From an uncultured Verrucomicrobiae bacterium (GTDB lineage Bacteria > Verrucomicrobiota > Verrucomicrobiia > Chthoniobacterales > JAATET01): a stretch of DNA of 64,000 nt. Positions 9,052 to 17,215 of the stretch are shown in pieces. The stretch covers positions 1,925,218-1,989,217 of the forward strand of contig CAVXHK010000001.1 of NCBI GenBank assembly GCA_963761705.1. The letters are read 5' to 3'. The notes under the pieces are model-generated. The model made no database searches. It was given only the letters and a program-made list of their open reading frames with translations, and was not told where the DNA came from. The translations under genes were made by a program, and so were the position numbers. Position 1 is the stretch's first letter, and each line of letters opens with the position of its first letter.

Positions 9052-9795
9052 GTCCGGACGTACGTGCCGCAGAATGAACCGAATGGCGACCTCTACATTG
9101 GCTACTTTGGCGGGCACTGGCCTCCGGGATTGCTCCTCACGCCGGGTGCGCTCGAAGAGGCGACGAAGGTCGCCGTGGCCATGTATCGCGAGGCGGCGGA
9201 GATCATTCGCGACATCCGGCCGGACGCGATCGTGATGGGGATTTATTCCATCCCGAATTGGCGGCGCAACTTCCGACAGGATCCCACGGCTTTTGTCTAC
9301 AACATGATGCAGCGGCAGAATTTCGATCATCTCGATCAGGTGGCAGATGTCACCGACGTGATCGGCGTGAACTATTATTATTCGCAGGACGCTTCGGTGA
9401 CCCGGTTCATCCGGCGTCCCGAGGGTGAGTTGGCGTCCAATTACACGCAGAACGGCTGGGAGATTGACCCCGAGGGGCTCTATGCGGTGCTCAAACAGGT
9501 GGATGCCCGCTACGGCAAGCCGATCGTGATCACGGAAAATGGCATCGGCACCCAGAGCGAACAGAAAAAGATCCGGTATTTCCGCGAGCACGTGAACCAG
9601 ATGCGCCGAGCGATGAACGACGGCGTGGACGTGCGGGGTTACATGCCTTGGACGCTGATCGACAACTACGAATGGGCCGAGGGGTATGCCGCGAATTTCG
9701 GACTGACGAGCCTCAATCGGGAGACCCGCGAGCTGACGCTCGAACCAGCCGGCCAGTGGTATCGCGAGTTTATCAGCAAAAACCCGGAGCCCTAG
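9016..9795 (+). pseudogene. Glycoside hydrolase family 1 (beta-glucosidase-like), N-terminally truncated
   Basis: Homology starts at the acid/base motif (YVPQNEPNG). It includes the nucleophile motif (VITENGIG) and WTLIDNYEWAEGY. About 150 N-terminal residues of a normal GH1 are absent. The ORF's ATG comes from the last tandem-repeat unit. Confidence 0.75.
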
Positions 9796-9911
9796 GGCGG
9801 ATGGGGCCGAGCCATCGGTCTCCGACTGGCCGCCCGCGCGTCTCAGTAACCACCAAACGGGAAGGACGGAAGACGATTCCTGGTGTTTTTTCGCGCTGAC
9901 CGCTTGTTTCC

Positions 9912-10472
9912 CTAGTCGGTCGTCATCGACTCGAAAGTTTGCGTCAAACCGCGACGATCGAGCTCCGACAAGAGAAGCGAGCGATCAATGGCGTCTCCGG
10001 AAACTTCGAGCATGCTGCGGATGTCGCGGATGTGCTTCTCGCCGCCGCCCTCGGCGAAGAAGACGACTTTCCAGACGATAATGTATTCGGCTGGAGCGAA
10101 GGTGGCTTCTCCTTGAGAGTGGAGGATCGTTTTGCGGTTGCGCCACGCCCAGAGGAAAAATGGCTCTCGCTGGGAGGGATAGAAGTCGGCCTTCAGTCCG
10201 GAGGGCACGTGGATGACGTTGAACTGAGCGTTGGAATCGCGGTCATTTTCAGCCGCAATAACCTCCAACGGCGGCGTGTAATAATCCGGCTGGGGAAATA
10301 TCCGCGAGAGCGCGGGAAGATCGGAATCGGAGAGGGCGACAGCGAGATCGATGTCGAGAGTCAGTCTGGGCTCGCTGTAGAGCATCGCGCCGAGCGACCC
10401 GACGACGAGGTAGCGAATGCCGGCATCGTTCAGCGGATGTCCGAAAAGAGCGAGGAGGTCAGGTTCGTGCAC
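9912..10472 (-). CDS. Nucleotidyltransferase-fold protein (paralogue 1)
   Basis: 186 aa with a pol-beta NTase signature (VVGSLGAMLYSEPRLTLDIDLAV). Paralogous to 17194..17733. Confidence 0.7.
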   Translation of the reverse strand: MHEPDLLALFGHPLNDAGIRYLVVGSLGAMLYSEPRLTLDIDLAVALSDSDLPALSRIFPQPDYYTPPLEVIAAENDRDSNAQFNVIHVPSGLKADFYPSQREPFFLWAWRNRKTILHSQGEATFAPAEYIIVWKVVFFAEGGGEKHIRDIRSMLEVSGDAIDRSLLLSELDRRGLTQTFESMTTD

Positions 10473-10659
10473 GAGAGGTTTCGCGGGCGAGTTCGCGTTC
10501 GACTTCTTCAGCTGACCAGTCTGGGTGGGCGTGGGCGATAGCGCAGCGGCGAACCCGGCGAGCGGTGTTCAACAGGCCCTGAGCGACGGTGAACTTCTCA
10601 GCGGGCGACATGGCTCGGAAACGCTCGACCTGAATGGCGTGGAGCGGTTCGTATCGCAT
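10459..10659 (-). CDS. Small helical partner protein of the NTase (paralogue 1)
   Basis: These are the last 66 codons of listed ORF 10459..10953, starting at ATG 10659 (MRYEPLHAIQVERFRAMSPAEKF...). It overlaps the NTase start by 14 nt. Homologous to 16934..17215 (ERF..MS..E.F core). Confidence 0.5.
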   Translation of the reverse strand: MRYEPLHAIQVERFRAMSPAEKFTVAQGLLNTARRVRRCAIAHAHPDWSAEEVERELARETSRART

Positions 10660-10723
10660 AGCGCTAGTTCTAACACTTGCGCCAACAATCTCAACGCTGG
10701 AAAGTTCTAGGTGAAAGCACCGA

Positions 10724-11143
10724 TTGGAGAGAAGCGCAGAAAAGCGGGTGTCGCAGAGACTGGCCCACGACATGGAGCGGGCTGAGGATCTGGCGAATGA
10801 GGGGTTGCGGGTTGCAGGGCTAGAGGAGAAGGAGCACGCGGGGCTAAAAGGAAGCGATCCACGGAAGGTGGAGGTGGCGCGGGTGATTCGCCGAAATACA
10901 ACGGCGTCGCTGGGATGGATTTCGCAACGTCTGGAGATGAAGAGTTCGGCCAACGTCAGTCAGCAGCTACGGACGACCAATGCAGCGAGCTTGCGGCGCA
11001 GACTTCCGATTGAATTCGCAGCATGGCTCGAACGAATCGATGCAGGGGTAAAAGAATTGCTTTTTGCACACTTCTCTGAAAAGGAAGCGAAGTGGGTGTC
11101 AAGGGAGGAAATTACGGTGGATGAGCGCAAAGATCGTCGCTAG
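10724..11143 (+). CDS. Hypothetical protein; possible remnant carrying an HTH tail
   Basis: 139-aa ORF. From memory, the segment DPRKVEVARVIRRNTTASLGWISQRLEMKSSANVSQQL resembles the C-terminal HTH tail found on some transposase-like proteins. No catalytic domain is present. This call is weak. Confidence 0.3.
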   Translation: MERSAEKRVSQRLAHDMERAEDLANEGLRVAGLEEKEHAGLKGSDPRKVEVARVIRRNTTASLGWISQRLEMKSSANVSQQLRTTNAASLRRRLPIEFAAWLERIDAGVKELLFAHFSEKEAKWVSREEITVDERKDRR

Positions 11144-11356
11144 ATAAGGGATTGGGAGGGGTGTTTGCAGGCTATCGGGCACGGGCGGAGCGACGCCTTT
11201 GCTGCAGGCAAAAGCTGTAAACTTGGGTGAACGAACGATGCTGGAATCACACTTCTCTGCGGGGCGGGCATGATATTCAGAGACCCCCATCCATTGCGAC
11301 GATCAGATCCCCAGCCCTCCATCCTGACCCAAGGTGCGCCGACTAAGTGCTAGGAC

Positions 11357-12574
11357 TTAGCGACCAACCAGTCGTGCATTGGAGCGGCTGGGGAAATTGT
11401 TCGAAGAGGATTTTCGCAAAGAGGCTCGGGCTTTCTTTTGAGCTGGTTGATCAACCCTTTCCTTTGCCGGACCGCGTCGGGGAAGGACTCCCGCGTCGCG
11501 GCCCTGGCATCGGAGTTTTTGGGTCACTGGAAAGTTCGTGTAGGTTCGCTCCTGGGTCAAGAGGCTCCAGGTGATGCGAGCCATCCGGCGGGCGGTGGCC
11601 AGGATGGCGGTGTTGGCTTTTTTACCATGGGCGCGTTTGGCTTTGTAATAGTCGCCGAAGTAGGGCGAGCAGCCGACGGCCACCCAGGCGGCTTCGACGA
11701 AGGCCCAGCGCAGCCACTTGTTGCATTGGGTCAGCAGTCGGCCCTGATGGGTCTTTCCGCCACTGCTGCTCGTCGAGGGACAGAGTCCGGCGTAACCGCA
11801 GAGCTTCTGCGCGGAGGGGAAACGGCCAATCCCGTCGATCTCGGCGACAACGACAGCCGCCAGAATGGGTCCCATGCCGGGAATGCTCCGCACGCGCTTT
11901 AACTCTGGGCTGTCATCGAGCATGCCAGCGAGCGCTCGTTCGTCCTCGCGGATGCGGGCGACCAGTTCCTTGAGTAGGGCGAGCTGCTGGGTGAGCAGCA
12001 GACCGGCGGGATCGGGAAGCTCGAGCTTCTCCAAGAAGCTCAAGCCCTTCTTGCCGAAGAGATCACTGCATTGTGGCAATTTGAGATCGTGTTGGCCGCC
12101 GAGTAGTCGATGGATCCGATTGCGCAGCATCGTGCGCTGACGCACGAAAAAACAGCGCTGTCGCAGGACCTCTTTGATTTGGCGGGTCTGGCGGCAGGGA
12201 ACGTGAACGCTCGAGACCAAATTGGCTCGTAACAGATTGGCCAGCGCCCGGGCGTCGATCTTATCGGTCTTGATCTGGGCCTCGGCGATGATCCTTGTCT
12301 TGAACAGGTTGGCCAAGACGATGTCCTCACTCGGAAGGACGGCTTCGAGAATCTCGTAGAGCCAATGCCAGTTCATCGTGGCCTCGAAGACGACCTTGCA
12401 ACCGGGCCAGCATTCGACAAGCCGCCTGAAGTCCTCCGGAATGGCGTGATCGATGCGGCCTTGGCCGAGTATCGTGCCTTGGGAATCCAGCGCACAATAA
12501 ACGCTGTATCTCTTGTGGTAATCGATGCCAATGAAGGTTGGATCGACGGCGATTGGGGTAGGACGGGTTTTCAT
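11357..12574 (-). CDS. IS110-family transposase
   Basis: 405-aa ORF. N-terminal DEDD-type motifs (IGIDYHKRYSV, VVFEATMNWHW) and a C-terminal IS110 domain (SIPGMGPILAAVVVAEIDGIGRFPSAQKLCGYAGLCPS..SSGGK). Element ends were not determined. Confidence 0.9.
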   Translation of the reverse strand: MKTRPTPIAVDPTFIGIDYHKRYSVYCALDSQGTILGQGRIDHAIPEDFRRLVECWPGCKVVFEATMNWHWLYEILEAVLPSEDIVLANLFKTRIIAEAQIKTDKIDARALANLLRANLVSSVHVPCRQTRQIKEVLRQRCFFVRQRTMLRNRIHRLLGGQHDLKLPQCSDLFGKKGLSFLEKLELPDPAGLLLTQQLALLKELVARIREDERALAGMLDDSPELKRVRSIPGMGPILAAVVVAEIDGIGRFPSAQKLCGYAGLCPSTSSSGGKTHQGRLLTQCNKWLRWAFVEAAWVAVGCSPYFGDYYKAKRAHGKKANTAILATARRMARITWSLLTQERTYTNFPVTQKLRCQGRDAGVLPRRGPAKERVDQPAQKKARASLRKSSSNNFPSRSNARLVGR

Positions 12575-12687
12575 CCTACAATTTACACCATTGGATTTAT
12601 CAGGCTCTCCTGACGTTGACTCTCGCAGACCTTGCGTTTATCGGCCTTTCATGTCGCCTGACCCCTATTTCCCCTGTGTTCCTCTTG

Positions 12688-13797
12688 TCAGTCCTTTTCC
12701 TTGGCATTCTGAGCAATTCGGAGAGCTTCCATAAATTTCTTTTCCCAAGCCACGACTAGACCGCTTCTAGAATGAAAATACGAAGTCGCTTCAACGCAAC
12801 TTGCAAGTGTGCCTCCCTCCCTTAATCGGTCCGCTACTTGATCAAGTTCTTCAGGATTACTATTCCTATACGCGCCAGAGTTGAAGTATCCTAAGAGCGT
12901 GGCGTAAAGGATTCGCGCATTTACGGCCTCGGTCAATTCCTTCCCTACAAATAGATCACGATAGAGAGTTTTGTATTTTGAACCCTCTCTTGTCACAACC
13001 TGCCTGTTCTTTAGAATGCCTAAGTAAAGCACCCAGGATTCGATATTCACACGGAGCGGCATTGCTTTATCCCATCTAGGGGCGTCATTACCTAACCAAA
13101 ACTTAATGTTTGCAGGAAGCGGAAGTAATCCCCTTTCGCCTTCGGAATGTGTGTGATCGGGGTCCAACATTCCCGAGCTGCTCAGGCCCATCGCCATGTA
13201 GATGCTGCAGAGGGCATCTTCCAGGGAGACCGGGATAGCATTGTCATAGGATGCGGCAATATGCTGGTTGACTGCCTCGACAATCTGTGAAATTGCTTCT
13301 GCGTTCGTTTCGATGAATTCACTGGGATTCAAGTCATTAGAAATCAGATTGATCCTATTTGGTATTACCAGAGGTGGAGTCAGGGGATCTGGTTCGCGAG
13401 ATCCAGAAATAATGACAGGTGTTAGACTGGGAACGGACACTTCGATTTGCTTTTCCAATTTCGCCTTTGTCTCTGTCACTAAGCCCGTATCCAACAGAAA
13501 CCGGAGTGCATTCCCGCGCGCACTTTCATCACTCTCTTCCATCGCTCTAACGATCAGAGTTGATTCGAATTCTAGCCTCTGGGTTTTCTCAGCTTGGAGG
13601 CCCTGCAGGAAGTGAGAGAGAATGGCAAGTATTGCGGTAGATATTGCGCCGGCAATCGCCAACCCAATGGGAGATCCCAAGAGTGGAATAATTCCTCTCT
13701 GTTCTACGTCGGGCCTCTTGAGGGCTTGCAGTTGGAGAGTCGCAACCTCAAATCGGATTTCGTCCAATTTGCTCTTTAGCTCTAAATTTTCTTGCAT
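12688..13797 (-). CDS. Membrane-anchored protein of unknown function (cassette gene 4)
   Basis: 369-aa ORF in the AT-richer block. It has an N-terminal coiled-coil-like segment, one hydrophobic helix (IIPLLGSPIGLAIAGAISTAILAILSHFL) and a ~300-aa C-terminal domain I cannot assign. Confidence 0.65.
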   Translation of the reverse strand: MQENLELKSKLDEIRFEVATLQLQALKRPDVEQRGIIPLLGSPIGLAIAGAISTAILAILSHFLQGLQAEKTQRLEFESTLIVRAMEESDESARGNALRFLLDTGLVTETKAKLEKQIEVSVPSLTPVIISGSREPDPLTPPLVIPNRINLISNDLNPSEFIETNAEAISQIVEAVNQHIAASYDNAIPVSLEDALCSIYMAMGLSSSGMLDPDHTHSEGERGLLPLPANIKFWLGNDAPRWDKAMPLRVNIESWVLYLGILKNRQVVTREGSKYKTLYRDLFVGKELTEAVNARILYATLLGYFNSGAYRNSNPEELDQVADRLREGGTLASCVEATSYFHSRSGLVVAWEKKFMEALRIAQNAKEKD

Positions 13798-13811
13798 TGC
13801 TTGTTTGGACT

Positions 13812-13930
13812 AACGTCGAAGTCCTCCTGCGCCTGGCATGGAGTGAGCCTTCGACAGCGGCTTGGCGGGGTTGTATCGTTCATGACGGCTGAACTCGCGG
13901 CGAGTCAGGCGTTAGGAGCGACGCCTTGTT
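13812..13930. repeat. Leader element copy 1 (~118 nt, self-complementary)
   Basis: Aligns end to end with 15637-15753. Shared termini are AACGTCGAAGTCCT... and ...GAGYGACGCCTTGTT. The internal CTTCGAC is complementary to GTCGAAG. It ends 14 nt upstream of the 369-aa gene start on the coding strand. Confidence 0.55.
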
Positions 13931-14175
13931 CGGGTTCTTCTAATCTTGGTGGACTCTTTCTTAGGTGCCCCAGCAAAGATAGCCTGTTGAATCTGAGTCT
14001 TGGTCTTATGATCTTTAAAGTAGCGGTTAGTTGTAAACGTCTCATCAGCGGCCATCTCTTCCTTGACTAGTGTCCTGACAATATTAATTGCGTCAGGGAT
14101 CAGTCTGCGAGCTTCTGTTAGATCGTAGGGGGACTTGCCTCGCGCTTCGCAAAGCTGATACACAGCAAAAAGCAC
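13912..14175 (-). CDS. Small hypothetical protein (cassette gene 3)
   Basis: 87-aa ORF with a GTG start, 18 nt after the AIPR stop. Its basic C-terminal tail (RRTRTRRRS) is encoded inside leader element copy 1, so the true extent is uncertain. Confidence 0.35.
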   Translation of the reverse strand: MLFAVYQLCEARGKSPYDLTEARRLIPDAINIVRTLVKEEMAADETFTTNRYFKDHKTKTQIQQAIFAGAPKKESTKIRRTRTRRRS

Positions 14176-14192
14176 GTGATAACCGCCATCGA

Positions 14193-15617
14193 TTAAGAAC
14201 AGAAGCGATAAATCAACATTCTCTTTCTTACGTATTTTTTTTGTATTTCTAGCTTCCTTATTTGGATCTGCTCATACAATCGCAAAGAAACCAAGAGCTG
14301 CTGGGTAGTAACCTCACTATTGAACACTGTGGCGTATAGATCTCGGAACACTCGCGCTCTGTCTTTTTTAGCAACCTCAGGCAATCCATGCGAATATGCC
14401 AGATGTGACTGTCCGGCTGACAACGCATCGATGCGCTTGTCTCTAGCTTCATTTGAATGCTGGCGGGCCTTGCGTTCGTAAAATATTCCTAGATCTCTAA
14501 ACGATTCTTCGAGTTTCTTCTGAATGTCATCATTCGAATGAAGGTCTCGTGTGTTAATCGGAGTCTGGCTATTGGTTGCCTCTGCGATCTTAGATGTGAT
14601 ATCCCGACTCCGAGTTTCGTAAATTCGTCTGAGCACAAGTACATCCTCAAGCTTCGCTGGTTCTTTTAAGTGGGCTTCAAAAAGTGCATTTGAAGTCTGC
14701 CCCCCGTTTACAATTTGGACGTTCGTAAGTGCTATTTTTGGGCTCCGACGAGCGGGTTGATAGGAGAATGAGTCACATGTCATCGTGATGCCATTGTTCA
14801 GATACCAAAATTCGGAGTTCTCATCTGAAAGTGCCGTCTCGTAGATCTTCTTATTTACAGCATTTCTTTTTGTTAGGTAGATGCGGACGTTGTCGTTGAA
14901 CGCATCGTATCGAACCTTTTTATCGTCCTCTGGATCCGTAATGAGCTTGACGATTTCGTTTGCTTCAAAAGTGCATATCATTCCTCGAATATTTCCGTCG
15001 CTTCGTTCGAAGTAGTTCTTATCAACTGCTCTGAGCTCAGCATCGATCTTTGGTTTTTTTCGATCGAGAAACATTTGCACGATCGAGTCTAGCGAATGGT
15101 GATGCACTTCAAAGGAGGTGTAGTCTTCAAGGGACTCCGCAACTCGTGCTTGATGTGTTTTTACCATTGCCTTCGTATTTCCACAAAAATGCACATGAAA
15201 CGTTGGGTTGGGTCTTTCGAGAGCAGTCCAGATTTCCTGAACCTTGGTCCAGAGTATCGGGTTGCACGTTCGCTCCATTCCGTTGCTTTCGTTTAGTAGA
15301 TCGGCGCAGAAGGATAGGATTTTATCAATTTCGTTCGAAGGGAAGTTGTTCTTAGCTTTGTCAAATATTGCTACATGTTTGAATTGGAAAAGGTGGATGT
15401 CATTACAATCCTCTCGATCATCGACAAACACCGCATCTACACCGCGGTCATCGCTCCCGTCCGTGATGCTGTCGGTGATCTCCTCGGGAGAGAGAGCAAG
15501 CAGATATTCCAGAGCTATATGCGAGAAAGCCTTCTTTTCCGTTGTGGCATAGTCGGATTCACCGACGTAGGCTTTGCATTTTTGCACGAGAGCATTCCAA
15601 TCGATGAGTGTTGTCAT
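14193..15617 (-). CDS. AIPR (abortive infection phage resistance) family protein (cassette gene 2)
   Basis: 474-aa ORF. It has an N-terminal DGSDDRGVDAVFVDD motif and a C-terminal IVNGGQTSN motif, both recalled as typical of the AIPR family (PF10592). Confidence 0.75.
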   Translation of the reverse strand: MTTLIDWNALVQKCKAYVGESDYATTEKKAFSHIALEYLLALSPEEITDSITDGSDDRGVDAVFVDDREDCNDIHLFQFKHVAIFDKAKNNFPSNEIDKILSFCADLLNESNGMERTCNPILWTKVQEIWTALERPNPTFHVHFCGNTKAMVKTHQARVAESLEDYTSFEVHHHSLDSIVQMFLDRKKPKIDAELRAVDKNYFERSDGNIRGMICTFEANEIVKLITDPEDDKKVRYDAFNDNVRIYLTKRNAVNKKIYETALSDENSEFWYLNNGITMTCDSFSYQPARRSPKIALTNVQIVNGGQTSNALFEAHLKEPAKLEDVLVLRRIYETRSRDITSKIAEATNSQTPINTRDLHSNDDIQKKLEESFRDLGIFYERKARQHSNEARDKRIDALSAGQSHLAYSHGLPEVAKKDRARVFRDLYATVFNSEVTTQQLLVSLRLYEQIQIRKLEIQKKYVRKRMLIYRFCS

Positions 15618-15636
15618 GGTTGTATTTTTTTTCCCG

Positions 15637-15753
15637 AACGTCGAAGTCCTTCTACACCTGCCAAGGGGCGAGGCTTCGACCGTGGGTTGAAGGTTGAATG
15701 GTCATAACGAACTGAATTCACCTTGGTGTAGGACTTAAGAGTGACGCCTTGTT
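15637..15753. repeat. Leader element copy 2 (~118 nt, self-complementary)
   Basis: Occupies the 147-bp gap between the nuclease gene stop (15765) and the AIPR start (15617). It ends 19 nt upstream of the AIPR start on the coding strand. See copy 1. Confidence 0.55.
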
Positions 15754-15764
15754 ATGCATTTGTC

Positions 15765-16811
15765 TCATCTTGGGAGAGACATGAGGAATTCGTCAACCCA
15801 TTCGAAAAGACGGTCTGAAGGATCATCGCCCTGCTCCCTCATATGAAGCATTTCGCAGATCTTCTCGTCGTCCAAGACAAGGAGAAGTTTCCCACTTTCC
15901 CTCATAGCTCCCTGAGCCATCTTGATCGCATTTGCGTGGGCGCCCTTACGTGAAAAGATTATCGCCACACGACGCAACGCCCTCTCAAGCAAATACTTCT
16001 CCGTTGTCAGTATCTGCCCCTGCTTGATGAAACCGACGTAGTTCTTGAATTCGAATAAAACATATCGACTATCGAGATCCTCAATAAGAAATCTCCAGAA
16101 TTCGGTGGCCGGCTTAATCCTGCAGATATAGTCGAACCGATTCAGTCCATCATCCGTTCGTTTCTGCGTATGCCAGCCATGAAGATCGCCAGGAAAGAGA
16201 TAGCGGAGAATGTTATCGCAAAGTTCTTCATAAGCGCTCCATGCCTTCTTCCCCTTCTTCAGTACTTTCAGTTCGTTGCATAAGTCCGTCCCCCGAGTAT
16301 CAACCGCTGGCTGCGCTGGACGATTTGGATCGGGGCTCGGCAGTTGCGCAACGCTTCGCCCTCCAGTCTTTTCCTCGCCGGCTGGGGGTTCTTCAAGGAG
16401 AGCCGACAGCCTGTCTTGAAGTTCTGGAGCATTTGCGCACCAAACGAACAAATCCGTTCGATCAACAAAAACGATGCCATATTCCTGCTCAAGACGCAGT
16501 CGTTGTTCAGGGAGCAGGTCTGAGGATACAATCAGCATGCCTCTCTTGAGGTTGGATGATTGTTCGATCGCTTGAATGAGCTTTGCCGCGGCCGATCGAA
16601 GGAGTGATATCTGCGCTTTTCTTGTGCGGTAGAACTTTAATTCCACTGCCCAATCTTGGTCGGCAAGTGAGATCCAGAAGTCGAATCCGCGATCTGGTCC
16701 CGAGGTACGCTCCCGATCTACTCCGAAGCCGTTCGCTTTGAGCAATGCGACTACTAGATCCTCGAACTCAAAGGCTATTCGGATGAAGTGGGACATCGGC
16801 TCTTTCTGCAT
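15765..16811 (-). CDS. Protein with two restriction-endonuclease-like PD-(D/E)xK domains (cassette gene 1)
   Basis: 348 aa. The N-terminal Mrr-like core is FEFEDLVVALL...GFDFWI...AVELKFYR...MLIVSS. The C-terminal second core is YEELCDNILRYL...RFDYICRI...VLFEFKNY..KQGQ. The two are joined by a Pro/Ala-rich linker. Confidence 0.7.
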   Translation of the reverse strand: MQKEPMSHFIRIAFEFEDLVVALLKANGFGVDRERTSGPDRGFDFWISLADQDWAVELKFYRTRKAQISLLRSAAAKLIQAIEQSSNLKRGMLIVSSDLLPEQRLRLEQEYGIVFVDRTDLFVWCANAPELQDRLSALLEEPPAGEEKTGGRSVAQLPSPDPNRPAQPAVDTRGTDLCNELKVLKKGKKAWSAYEELCDNILRYLFPGDLHGWHTQKRTDDGLNRFDYICRIKPATEFWRFLIEDLDSRYVLFEFKNYVGFIKQGQILTTEKYLLERALRRVAIIFSRKGAHANAIKMAQGAMRESGKLLLVLDDEKICEMLHMREQGDDPSDRLFEWVDEFLMSLPR

Positions 16812-16933
16812 AAGTTTAGAAGTTTGGCGCGGCGGGTGAATGGCGTCCAGAGAGAAGCGAACTAGAGGCGTTGTTCGCTGTTGCCGCCACTGACTTGTTA
16901 GCTATCTTCGATTCCTTCAAAAGGGTCTGTCCT

Positions 16934-17215
16934 TTATATTGACACATTCTGCCGGTTGCTTTGGCTGTCGGCGTCGGCAACGTGATTCGCCACCGGTGGG
17001 TTCCACGCGGTCCCGTAGATGCGCTCGAAGAGGAGTTTTCGACGGCGCTCTTCGGAAAGGTCTTTCGGAAAGGATGCGCAGATCATCTCTCGCGCCGCGT
17101 CGAACATGCGGGAGCCCATTTCGAACCGCTCGGCTCCGGAGCGGGCCATCAATCGTTCGCGGACCATGGCGGCGATCTCGGGCGGGGTGTCGCTCAGCTC
17201 TGGCATGATCGCCAC
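16934..17215 (-). CDS. Small helical partner protein of the NTase (paralogue 2)
   Basis: 93-aa ORF overlapping the 3' end of the NTase gene by 22 nt. Homologous to 10459..10659 (AERFEMGSRMFDAAREMI versus ERFRAMSPAEKFTVAQGLL). Confidence 0.5.
   Translation of the reverse strand: MAIMPELSDTPPEIAAMVRERLMARSGAERFEMGSRMFDAAREMICASFPKDLSEERRRKLLFERIYGTAWNPPVANHVADADSQSNRQNVSI

Noticed and set aside
9016-9795. The truncated GH1 treated as an intact short glycosidase.
   Set aside because: Homology starts at the NEP acid/base motif. The whole N-terminal third of the TIM barrel is missing and is replaced by repeat-derived codons.
10459-10659. The small NTase partner considered as a HEPN toxin. RCAIAH fits the Rx4H pattern.
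   Set aside because: The motif is not conserved in the paralogue at 16934..17215. Both proteins are much shorter than HEPN domains.
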